Virus record (IMG/VR): IMGVR_UViG_3300024262_000034
Location: 1-57,191 of that record
From: a virus
Taxonomy: Duplodnaviria > Caudoviricetes
Length of the DNA: 57,191 nucleotides
Reading direction: 5' to 3' (one strand)
The notes under the pieces are model-generated. The model ran no database searches, was not told the DNA's origin, and saw nothing but the letters and a program-made list of their open reading frames with translations. A program made the translations under genes and the position numbers. Below are positions 1 to 7,592 of this stretch, one piece after another (position 1 is the stretch's first letter; each line of letters opens with the position of its first letter).

Positions 1-215
1 ACAATCAAGGCTCTGGACAATCAAGGCTCTGGACACTCAAGGCTCTGGACAATCAAGGCTCTGGACAATCAAGGCTCTGGACACTCAAGGCTCTGGACAC
101 TCAAGGCTCTGGACACTCAAGGCTCTGGACAATCAAGGCTCTGGACAATCAAGGCTCTGGACAATCAAGGCTCTGGACACTCAAGGCTCTGGACAATCAA
201 GGCTCTGGACAATCA
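1..215. repeat. Tandem array of 16-bp unit ACA(A/C)TCAAGGCTCTGG, 13 full copies plus a partial, truncated by the window edge
   Basis: Counted directly. Only position 4 varies (A A C A A C C C A A A C A) and there are no spacers. Confidence 0.98.
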
Positions 216-249
216 GACAAACATAGTCCGATAATCTTTAAATCAGGAC

Positions 250-296
250 AAAAAAATATGCTTTTAGTCAATATCTAAAATCAACTAAAAGCATAT
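250..296 (-). terminator. Intrinsic terminator ending the leftmost minus-strand transcript
   Basis: 13-bp inverted repeat ATATGCTTTTAGT (256-268) / ACTAAAAGCATAT (284-296), followed by a T-run on the minus strand. Confidence 0.65.
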
Positions 297-321
297 CGAC
301 AATGAAAAAACAATATTCTAC

Positions 322-417
322 TTAATAAGCACTTGCAAGAAATTGCATAGCAGTCATAAACCCGACAACCAAAACCGTAAAACCCAAACCGATATAAAAT
401 AAATCTTTTGTATCCAT
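322..417 (-). CDS. Small membrane peptide (31 aa, MDTKDLFYIGLGFTVLVVGFMTAMQFLASAY)
   Basis: Hand-translated. AAGGA RBS and a promoter upstream, one hydrophobic segment. Confidence 0.55.
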   Translation of the reverse strand: MDTKDLFYIGLGFTVLVVGFMTAMQFLASAY

Positions 418-439
418 AATCTTTTTTTCCTTATTAATT

Positions 440-489
440 AGTGTTTTTTATATCCACTAATATTATAAAATACCAGTGATAAAAAGCAA
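440..489 (-). promoter_or_regulatory. Sigma70-like promoter (TTGCTT-N16-TATAAT) plus conserved leader GTGGATATAAAAAACACT
   Basis: -35 at 484-489 and -10 at 462-467. The 18-bp leader is identical at 5163-5180 and 6649-6666. Confidence 0.7.
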
Positions 490-790
490 ATAAATTATTG
501 TAATTTTTTCAGGTTATAAAATCCGATATTATATGCTTTAAATAATATATCGGTTTTAATATACTGATTATCATAAAATCGGTTTTGACAATGGCGATGC
601 CCCTGTAGTATGGCCGATTGTATTAAACGCAGCATTTTATCGTTGTAAAATATCATTGTTTTATCCTATATATTTTAGTCGTAAACTGGCAAGTTTTAAA
701 GCGGTTGACAAGGTTTTTTCACTATTTACGAGTAAAATTCCCTTGTAATATACTTTAAATCCGGTAATGTCTTTTTTGATTTTTATCATG

Positions 791-1033
791 TTATGAACAT
801 AATTCAGGTAATTTTTTCCAATTCATCATATTATAGGCTGTTTTTCGGTCGATTTTTTCACCGTCCCAGTCTTCTTTTATTTCGTCCCAAAAAACACGTT
901 CAAAACGTATTGATTTTTTGATATGGTCAATAGTTATATTCATACAATCATTATTGTGTGGACATTCAAACGACCACAAGATTTTTCCATTTTCCAATTT
1001 ATTCCCTATTTGTTCTGGCGATATTGTTTTCAT
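791..1033 (-). CDS. Hypothetical early protein
   Basis: ORF with AAGGGA RBS and an upstream promoter. Confidence 0.65.
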   Translation of the reverse strand: MKTISPEQIGNKLENGKILWSFECPHNNDCMNITIDHIKKSIRFERVFWDEIKEDWDGEKIDRKTAYNMMNWKKLPELCS

Positions 1034-1072
1034 TGTTTTTTCCCTTTAAATAGTGTTTTTTATTCTATATTC

Positions 1073-1128
1073 AATGTATAATATAAAACAAAAAAAGCAA
1101 GGTAGAATTTATTTTTTTCTACCTTGCT
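1073..1128 (-). terminator. Terminator hairpin overlapping the -35 of the next promoter
   Basis: 12-bp inverted repeat AGCAAGGTAGAA (1096-1107) / TTCTACCTTGCT (1117-1128) with a T-run. TTGCTT-N16-TACATT at 1100-1073. Confidence 0.6.
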
Positions 1129-1150
1129 ACAGAAAAAAAACAATATCGGA

Positions 1151-1750
1151 CTAAAAAGGTATCTTACTGTTTTTTTCATTTAGCCATAAAACCGCTTGCA
1201 ATTGACAAGGTACGATATTACTTATTTTTTCACTTGCTACCTTAAAAGCATCGACAATATTATAATACTGCGTTTTGTTACCGCTTAACATATCCAATTT
1301 TAAAGCATTAAAGATATGTCGGTCAAGTGTTACAAAATCGGGATTGTTTGGGTTGACAATATTCTCATAAAATGCCATTGTTTTAAATGGCCTTTTACCA
1401 AAAATATCAGCAGTCAATAACAAGGGATTATCCAATAATTTCAATGCTTTTTTTATTTGTTGCTTATACGTCGTTAAGGTCAAGCCGTCGATTTTTTTGC
1501 TATGCTGATAGGCTTTCAATAAATGATAGGCTTGTAATTTATTGTTTGGCCATGATACCGCTGGAGATAATAAGGCAATAATGGCCGATGTTACTTCTAA
1601 ACTATAACCGGTTTTTTTCGCAATTCTTAAAGCCGTTTTGTTCGCTTTAAAATACCAGTTTTTTCCCTTGTCAATCGTCGTATTATCGCACTGATTATAC
1701 AATGCAATAATTTTATTGACTAAATGATAGTTTGTTTTTTGTTTTGTCAT
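1151..1750 (-). CDS. Conserved phage protein, HhH-GPD DNA glycosylase-like (DUF7178-type)
   Basis: Motifs GxxWY, IIALLSPxxSWxxN, KTxAFYxNI, VTLDRH and LQAVLW. Confidence 0.6.
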   Translation of the reverse strand: MTKQKTNYHLVNKIIALYNQCDNTTIDKGKNWYFKANKTALRIAKKTGYSLEVTSAIIALLSPAVSWPNNKLQAYHLLKAYQHSKKIDGLTLTTYKQQIKKALKLLDNPLLLTADIFGKRPFKTMAFYENIVNPNNPDFVTLDRHIFNALKLDMLSGNKTQYYNIVDAFKVASEKISNIVPCQLQAVLWLNEKNSKIPF

Positions 1751-1765
1751 TATCCTGTTTTTTCC

Positions 1766-2080
1766 TTAAATAAACTTTATATCAACAGCGTTTTTTGACA
1801 CTAAAATACAATCCTGATAAAATTGAGTTTTATAAGCATTACATATCGTTCCTATTTGTGATTGAATATGGAACGTATCATTTAAAATCAATTCTACAAT
1901 CGCAGTATTTTCTTGAGTATTTTCCCAAAAACCCAAAGCATAAATTATTGTAAAACTCTTAAAACATGGTGTGATATGTTTTTCGCAAAAATCAATAAAA
2001 TCGTCTTTTGAGATAATACCGATTTTTTTTGAGAATAACCCAAAATATAAACGAAAACAGGTTTTTTGTTGACTCGGCAT
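1766..2080 (-). CDS. Putative S-adenosylmethionine lyase (T3 SAMase/Svi3-3-like, DUF3574 PII-like fold)
   Basis: YFGL...FTIIYALGFWENTQENTAIVE...YQDCILV resembles the recalled T3 SAMase segments EEKTVRV and EQDCVLV. Confidence 0.6.
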   Translation of the reverse strand: MPSQQKTCFRLYFGLFSKKIGIISKDDFIDFCEKHITPCFKSFTIIYALGFWENTQENTAIVELILNDTFHIQSQIGTICNAYKTQFYQDCILVSKNAVDIKFI

Positions 2081-2379
2081 TATTTTTTTCCTTATGTTTT
2101 TGACCGGTATAGACTAAAAAACGATTTTACTCTATACCGGTCAATTATTAAAATTGGATATGGTTTTTTTCTAATCCGTATCGTCTTACATCTTTATCGG
2201 CCAATTGACGGTTTTCAGCATATCGACGGAAAAAATCACGTCGATTTTTTCTTTTTTCTGCTAACTGTTTTTCGGATAAATCGCTAAACTTGACACGTTT
2301 TAAATAGTTGCAATTCATTGTTTTTTCCTTTTAAAATAGGGTTGTTTTTTCTTTACATATTCACTGTAATATATAGGTA

Positions 2380-2682
2380 TTACATTGTCAATTGATTTTT
2401 CCAATATTTTACCGATAAACTATTTTTTTCAACCGATTCAATCGCATTAAATAAATACAATTTTTCGCCCGATTCAAAAGTATCGTTATAGTATATTTTT
2501 TGAAATATACTAGATTTTAGAGTATTACCAGAAAACTTTTTATTATGCAATTCCTGTAAAACAAGGAAAACATCGTATAAGTTTTTTCCATTTAATGACA
2601 ATAAAATATCGACCGTGCAAAACTCATTGTCGGTTATAATGTCGATCAATTCACAGCGTATCATTTTATTGTTTTTTAGCAT
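2380..2682 (-). CDS. Hypothetical protein
   Basis: ORF with AAGGAAAAAC-ATG initiation region. Confidence 0.6.
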   Translation of the reverse strand: MLKNNKMIRCELIDIITDNEFCTVDILLSLNGKNLYDVFLVLQELHNKKFSGNTLKSSIFQKIYYNDTFESGEKLYLFNAIESVEKNSLSVKYWKNQLTM

Positions 2683-2694
2683 TGTTTTTCCTTA

Positions 2695-2874
2695 TTATAT
2701 TTTTTGAATTTTTCCTTTTTTGATTATATCTATGGCCAATGTTAAACCGGTAGAAATACCAACATAGTGGTCATATACTCGTTTGTCTTTCGTATGCCGT
2801 GCATGGAAATAAATTTTTTCTTTTGCAATTTTTTTTTGTTCTTTTAGCAGTGCGATAATATTTTGTTTGTCCAT
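2695..2874 (-). CDS. Hypothetical basic protein (59 aa, MDKQNIIALL...)
   Basis: Hand-translated. AAGGA RBS and a promoter at 2919-2947. Confidence 0.5.
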   Translation of the reverse strand: MDKQNIIALLKEQKKIAKEKIYFHARHTKDKRVYDHYVGISTGLTLAIDIIKKGKIQKI

Positions 2875-2966
2875 TGTCTTTTTTCCTTATAATAAGACTG
2901 TTTTTTCTTTACAATATCACTGTAAAATACAAAAAACAAAAAAACAACAAATAAATATAAATTTTT

Positions 2967-2998
2967 TATAATGACACTGCTATACTATAATGACACTG
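2967..2998 (+). promoter_or_regulatory. Plus-strand extended -10 promoter (TGcTATACT) with duplicated TATAATGACACTG, directed into the repeat region
   Basis: 13-bp direct repeat at 2967-2979 and 2986-2998. TGCTATACT at 2978-2986. Confidence 0.45.
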
Positions 2999-3037
2999 GA
3001 AAACAATATCTTATATAGTCCGATAATATCGACGACG

Positions 3038-3307
3038 GAATATACCGTCTGGACCGGTTATGCAGGTTATGCAGGTTATGCAGGTTATGCAGGTTATGCA
3101 GGTTATGCAGGTTATGAAGGTTATGCAGGTTATACCGGCTGGACCGGTTATGCAGGTTGTGCAAATTATGCACGATGTGCCAACTATACCGATTATCGGG
3201 ATTATACCGATTATCGGGATTATAGTGGATATGGTGATTATAACGATAACGCAGAACGTGAGGATTATGCGGATTATGAGAGATGTGCCGATTATGCCGG
3301 TTGTAGG
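3038..3307. repeat. Degenerate 9-bp tandem array (GGTTATGCA grading to GATTATNNN), about 30 units
   Basis: Six exact GGTTATGCA copies at 3056-3109. The 9-bp phase is kept to about 3307. Confidence 0.92.
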
Positions 3308-3560
3308 GCCGCTTCCCTAAAAATCGAGTTATCGGACGAAAGGCCGCTTCCCTAAAAAGTTATCGGACGCTTCCCTAAAAATCCGGCTTCCCTAAAGTTA
3401 TCGGACGCTTCCCTAAAAATCCGGCTTCCCTAAAGTTATCGGACGGAGAGCCGCTTCCCTAAAAAATCCGGCTTCCCGAAAAAAGTCCCGCTTCCCTAAA
3501 ATTCCCCGCCCCCATTGGGATTCCCCGCTTCCCTAAAAAATAAGCCCGCTTCCCTAAAAG
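3308..3560. repeat. Mosaic array of GCTTCCCTAAA (10 exact plus 1 variant) interspersed with GTTATCGGACG (4 copies)
   Basis: Counted directly. Includes an exact 38-bp tandem duplication at 3359-3396 / 3397-3434. Confidence 0.95.
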
Positions 3561-3738
3561 GAAAAACGGGTTTATTCAAGATTCTTACTGGGGATAAGAA
3601 CCTACAATCAAAACAAAAAGTATCACTCACTCAAAAAAATAACCTACTAATCATGTTGCCGAGATTGCTGCCAATAGTGCCACCCAAAAAGCCCCACCAC
3701 AGCCCGTTATTCCATGTATCAGTGAATATTTTCATACC

Positions 3739-4023
3739 TTATTCCTTATTCTTGATTTTTCGTTTTCGTTCAATCACAATTCCGTCATAAAACAATCGGA
3801 CTTCCCCTTTGAACTTTATCCACCATTCCCCCTTTTCCTGATAAACTTCAAAGCCCAAGCCAAGATCAACCGCCGCTTCATTCATACGGCGTTTCGTGGT
3901 GGCAGTCTTCCAGCCGCCTGAGTCAAGCTCAATAATTTTTTCATTAAATCGAACTATATCCGTCCGGGATAGCCGTACCATTGTACCGCCGTTTTCAGTC
4001 TTAATCGTGGTTCCAGTTTTCAT
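3739..4023 (-). CDS. Conserved phage hypothetical protein
   Basis: LDSGGWKTATTKRRMN...VYQEKGEWW motif, recalled from small phage proteins. RBS present. Confidence 0.7.
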   Translation of the reverse strand: MKTGTTIKTENGGTMVRLSRTDIVRFNEKIIELDSGGWKTATTKRRMNEAAVDLGLGFEVYQEKGEWWIKFKGEVRLFYDGIVIERKRKIKNKE

Positions 4024-4027
4024 TTTT

Positions 4028-4348
4028 TTATTTCCTTACCAACCAAAATTTATTTTCAACATCCGTAAACAATGGTTTAATATCCTCATACGATAATTTG
4101 TAACAACCGATTTTATTATCAAGTCGTAAGGGGTTTGTCCACCGATTGCCGTCTTTCAAGCTAATCAAGTTAAACTCACTGTTCCCCGTTTGGGCCAAAA
4201 TGTAATATTCATCATTGTAATATTTATCATCCTGATATTGAAACAGATCACCGATTGAGAAGAGTATTTTCTTACAGCTAGAAAACATTCGGGTTTCTTT
4301 TACTTCAATAGTTAAGGTTTCTTTTACTTCAACAGTTATTTTCATCAT
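4028..4348 (-). CDS. Hypothetical protein
   Basis: ORF in operon context with a short VEVKET/IEVKET duplication. Confidence 0.6.
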   Translation of the reverse strand: MMKITVEVKETLTIEVKETRMFSSCKKILFSIGDLFQYQDDKYYNDEYYILAQTGNSEFNLISLKDGNRWTNPLRLDNKIGCYKLSYEDIKPLFTDVENKFWLVRK

Positions 4349-4496
4349 TCATTCCTTTGTGTAAATTAATTCAGCTATATTCAGAACGGATTCTGCCGAT
4401 TCAGCCGCCAAAGTCCAACCGGCGTTTTCCAGCTTCAACTTTTGGATTTCCGCCTGTTTAATACTTTTTTCATCATCCCAGTCAATCGTGATTTTT

Positions 4497-4805
4497 TTAG
4501 TTTTCATGTTCAAAAGGCTCTTGACTCAACTCGCAGTCACAATATTGACAAATAGGTATGCCGACTTCAGCCAGATCGTCATAGTTGACGATCTTTTCTT
4601 CACCGCACTCAGGGCAGGCCCATACCTTGCTACCGTTGGGTTCTAGGATGATCTGAACATTGTTGACCGATTCAAAGGCATCAATCATGTCATCCACCGT
4701 AGCTTTGACCTCTTCAACATAACCGGCCTTTGTGGGCATGACGATTACGCGGTCATCATCCATCAGGTAATCCACAAAATACTTTTTCATCTGTTTCTTA
4801 TTCAT
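4497..4805 (-). CDS. Hypothetical protein with C-terminal zinc ribbon
   Basis: CPEC...CQYC motif. AAGGA RBS and TTGACC-N17-TATAGT promoter (4877-4849). Confidence 0.7.
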   Translation of the reverse strand: MNKKQMKKYFVDYLMDDDRVIVMPTKAGYVEEVKATVDDMIDAFESVNNVQIILEPNGSKVWACPECGEEKIVNYDDLAEVGIPICQYCDCELSQEPFEHEN

Positions 4806-4873
4806 TCTTTTATTCCTTGTTAAAAGTCTTAATCATTCAACCGTATATACTATAAAATACAATTCAGATCAGG

Positions 4874-5149
4874 TCAAAAAAAATCTTTAAAATATCCGTC
4901 ACTATCCTGAATCGGATTCTGGCCGGTTATAAAACTGGTTCCCCGCAAAGCCAAACCGTCCTTTGTATATCCAGAGATAGCACCAAAGGGGCAAGAGTTT
5001 TTTCTCTGTTTTTCCAGAATGCAAAAGACCGGATAGTTTTTGCTATCCACTTCAGCAACGGCGGCAGATGCTTTCTTGAGACTTTTAAAATTGCCGATAT
5101 GCAATTTATACTCAGGCTTGTTTGATATGGCGTAGAGGGAATAAATCAT
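4874..5149 (-). CDS. Hypothetical protein
   Basis: GGAG RBS, preceded by the conserved promoter-leader at 5163-5212. Confidence 0.65.
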   Translation of the reverse strand: MIYSLYAISNKPEYKLHIGNFKSLKKASAAVAEVDSKNYPVFCILEKQRKNSCPFGAISGYTKDGLALRGTSFITGQNPIQDSDGYFKDFF

Positions 5150-5162
5150 TTTTTTCTCCGTT

Positions 5163-5212
5163 AGTGTTTTTTATATCCACCTATAGTATAAAATACAATC
5201 CAGAAAAAGCAA
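5163..5212 (-). promoter_or_regulatory. Promoter TTGCTT-N16-TATACT plus conserved 18-bp leader
   Basis: -35 at 5207-5212 and -10 at 5185-5190. Leader identical to 440-457. Confidence 0.7.
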
Positions 5213-5218
5213 ATAAAA

Positions 5219-5458
5219 TTAAGAATTTCTTCGAGATAATTCTGCCTCTAATACAACCTTTTCGGCTATACGCCTGTTTAAGAAATCATCCCAATACCCG
5301 TAAAATCCGTTGTTTTCCTTTTTAGCAGTATCTCGGAATTTTTTAGCGTCTTCTATATCATGGGCAGCAATTCGTATTCTCTGCCCAATCCGAGAATTAG
5401 ACGTGTGTTTTGAAAAAGCATGAAACCGCACTCTATCCATTGCTATCTCGAACTGCAT
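5219..5458 (-). CDS. Hypothetical protein
   Basis: ORF with start refined to MQFEIA after AAAGGA. Confidence 0.6.
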   Translation of the reverse strand: MQFEIAMDRVRFHAFSKHTSNSRIGQRIRIAAHDIEDAKKFRDTAKKENNGFYGYWDDFLNRRIAEKVVLEAELSRRNS

Positions 5459-5471
5459 AATATATCCTTTC

Positions 5472-5534
5472 AAAAAAAACCACCGGTGGAAAAGTCAAAA
5501 AAACCACCGGTGGTCAACAAGGAGGGAAAAATGA
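5472..5534 (-). terminator. Terminator-like hairpin (two CCACCGGTGG palindromes plus T8) preceded by an anti-SD tract
   Basis: Minus strand reads TCATTTTTCCCTCCTTG...CCACCGGTGG...CCACCGGTGGTTTTTTTT directly after a stop codon. Confidence 0.6.
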
Positions 5535-6131
5535 TTATCGGTCCATTACTTCCCGCAGGCTAAAAATACCGTCGGTGGCATTTATACCTTTGGGCGTAAT
5601 ACTTTTGTTATGTTTTCGCAGGTGGCCGGATTCAATCAGGCGTTCAACCGCCTCATCCCATTCATACTTTTGGATAGAGGTTTCATCCTGTGCCCGATCA
5701 AAACGGCTCTGGCCGTTATAGGTGGCTTTCATTGATCGGGTGGCAACCAGAACGATCTTTTCTGCAATATCAAGCTCTGCGGCAGGCTCAGTCAACATAA
5801 AAGTAAGGTCTGATTTATTGGCATAAAGTGTTACGCCAGACCACTTACCACAAAAACACCTAAGCTCACCCAATATCATTCGATCAGGCAGTTTGGCCAG
5901 ATAATTCGGGCGATCAGGCTCAAAAATCGGGTGATTGCTGTGGACTGATACCACCTTTTTTTCATCCAAGTGATAAAAGGCGTAAAAATTCCGACTCCCA
6001 CCATCCCAATAACTATGAATATCCGTTGGGATATTATCGGACACGCTGATTTTCTTGCCAGTGTAATCAGGAAAGCAGGCATTTACAATGGCTTTGGTTT
6101 GTTCGTCAATTTTTTCGAGTAAGATATTCAT
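5535..6131 (-). CDS. Conserved phage protein with possible C-terminal winged helix
   Basis: FPDYxGKK and SYWDGGSR motifs. C-terminal LIESGHL...ITPKG pattern. Confidence 0.65.
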   Translation of the reverse strand: MNILLEKIDEQTKAIVNACFPDYTGKKISVSDNIPTDIHSYWDGGSRNFYAFYHLDEKKVVSVHSNHPIFEPDRPNYLAKLPDRMILGELRCFCGKWSGVTLYANKSDLTFMLTEPAAELDIAEKIVLVATRSMKATYNGQSRFDRAQDETSIQKYEWDEAVERLIESGHLRKHNKSITPKGINATDGIFSLREVMDR

Positions 6132-6400
6132 TTTTCGTTCCTTGTTTTAAGCTCTTTTTTCAAAATAGCTATTTTGGCCTGATAATAATTAATCCCTTTG
6201 TCCATTCTCTCATAATTAAATGCACTCTTATAATTTGTAGATAAGCCACTTAAACGGCTATCTAATTTTTTAGCAGCATTCCGTGCCTGTTTTCTCTCAA
6301 TCATGCCGTCTTGATATAAATTTAAAAATTCAATTAAAATCATATCCGGTGCTTTTGCTGTTTTTCGCGTAAACTCAATAAGTTTTTCAGCATCCGTCAT
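6128..6400 (-). CDS. Hypothetical protein
   Basis: ORF with RBS and ATGA overlap with the downstream gene. Confidence 0.6.
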   Translation of the reverse strand: MTDAEKLIEFTRKTAKAPDMILIEFLNLYQDGMIERKQARNAAKKLDSRLSGLSTNYKSAFNYERMDKGINYYQAKIAILKKELKTRNEK

Positions 6401-6433
6401 AATAATATCCTTGTTAAAAGTGCATATAACTTA

Positions 6434-6628
6434 TTACCACCCGTTCTTTTCAGAGTCCATTTTGATAGCCGCCCGCAGCACTTCAATCTGTTCTGGCGTA
6501 TATTCTCTGGCTTCTAAATGTTCCATAATCAGACTATTACCTAAGCACTCTTCATCAACAAATTCACACAGCATGGTTTCAGAAAAGGTGAAATTCAGTT
6601 CCAGTAAAGTTTCAATCACTTGCATCAT
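6434..6628 (-). CDS. Small acidic hypothetical protein
   Basis: Glu-rich ORF behind the conserved promoter-leader. Confidence 0.6.
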   Translation of the reverse strand: MMQVIETLLELNFTFSETMLCEFVDEECLGNSLIMEHLEAREYTPEQIEVLRAAIKMDSEKNGW

Positions 6629-6648
6629 TTTTTTAATTCCTTGTTAAA

Positions 6649-6698
6649 AGTGTTTTTTATATCCACTTCTATTATAAAATATAAATTTTAGTTGTCAA
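6649..6698 (-). promoter_or_regulatory. Consensus promoter TTGACA-N16-TATAAT plus conserved 18-bp leader
   Basis: -35 at 6693-6698, -10 at 6671-6676, leader at 6649-6666. Confidence 0.8.
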
Positions 6699-6931
6699 GC
6701 CGTTTTGTCAAACATAGCTAAAATTTTATTTCCCTGAGAATCATAACAGAATCTGCCATGTTCACCGTAAAAAACAGGACCGCAAATAATGCCAAGCCCT
6801 TGTTTTTTGGACAAAGACAAAAGAGCGTCCGATAAGGTTATACTCTGGTTGGTCGAACATAAATATTTATATTCACCGTAGCCGGTGCGATTGTGAATAG
6901 TTGGTTGTGATACTAATATGTCAATCTTCAT
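6695..6931 (-). CDS. Hypothetical protein
   Basis: ORF with TAATG stop-start coupling. Confidence 0.55.
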   Translation of the reverse strand: MKIDILVSQPTIHNRTGYGEYKYLCSTNQSITLSDALLSLSKKQGLGIICGPVFYGEHGRFCYDSQGNKILAMFDKTA

Positions 6932-7146
6932 TATTCAACCTTTATAGAATTTATTCTGGCATTCGGCGGCAACTTATCAGCAGGCTCAAGCTGTAAAACA
7001 TTAATGTCAAACATCAAGTTATAGCCCCTGAATTGTACAATATATTCATCACAATAGGACACCGTGTATAATGCCCCGCTTACAAAGCCACCAAACCTTT
7101 TCAGGAAAGTCACTCTATATTGTTTTCCGATTTTAGGTTTTATCAT
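6931..7146 (-). CDS. Small beta-rich (SH3-like) protein, paralogue of 9544-9723
   Basis: Ungapped 16/54 identity to the 9544-9723 product by hand alignment. Confidence 0.6.
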   Translation of the reverse strand: MIKPKIGKQYRVTFLKRFGGFVSGALYTVSYCDEYIVQFRGYNLMFDINVLQLEPADKLPPNARINSIKVE

Positions 7147-7432
7147 TTTTTTTAATATCCCACTTTCCTTTTTCTTCAATAAATTTTATCCACCACCAGC
7201 TTGATCGGCTTTTTTGATGAGTGCCGGTTAAGGTGGCCATTGATGGCACTAAATAGGCTGGAAATTGATACCGATTAGCATCATACGCCACAGCCCGTTC
7301 TCGAACATAACAGACAAAGCAATCCCCACAATTGCAACGTGTTTGCAAGGCAACGTCAAGCTGTTGATTGCTTGCGTTTAATAGCGACTTGCGGTTAATA
7401 CCCTCTACGTCTATATAAGCAGATTTTCTCAT
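7133..7432 (-). CDS. Hypothetical protein with CxCxxCxxC cluster
   Basis: RCNCGDCFVC motif. Start refined to MRKSAY. Confidence 0.55.
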   Translation of the reverse strand: MRKSAYIDVEGINRKSLLNASNQQLDVALQTRCNCGDCFVCYVRERAVAYDANRYQFPAYLVPSMATLTGTHQKSRSSWWWIKFIEEKGKWDIKKNDKT

Positions 7433-7433
7433 T

Positions 7434-7592
7434 TTAAAACTTCCAGCCATCAGGCACAAATAAAATAAAATACCGCAAGGCATTGAAAAGTAAAAGTGGT
7501 AGTATAATATAAATAATAATACAGACCACCAGAGAAAGCGGCGAATCATATTTTAATAAAAATTTTTCAACAGGATGTCTTTTTTTAGCCAT
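7434..7592 (-). CDS. Small membrane protein (52 aa, MAKKRHPV...)
   Basis: Hand-translated. Starts inside the 33-bp repeat that carries RBS and ATG, and has a hydrophobic core. Confidence 0.55.
   Translation of the reverse strand: MAKKRHPVEKFLLKYDSPLSLVVCIIIYIILPLLLFNALRYFILFVPDGWKF

Noticed and set aside
1-215. CRISPR array
   Set aside because: Units are 16 bp and contiguous with no unique spacers, and there are no cas genes.
2985-3320. ORFs encoding HNL and MQV repeats (2985-3173 minus, 3060-3320 plus)
   Set aside because: They are by-products of the 9-bp array and have no RBS. The 2990-3355 frame is left as uncertain in the findings.
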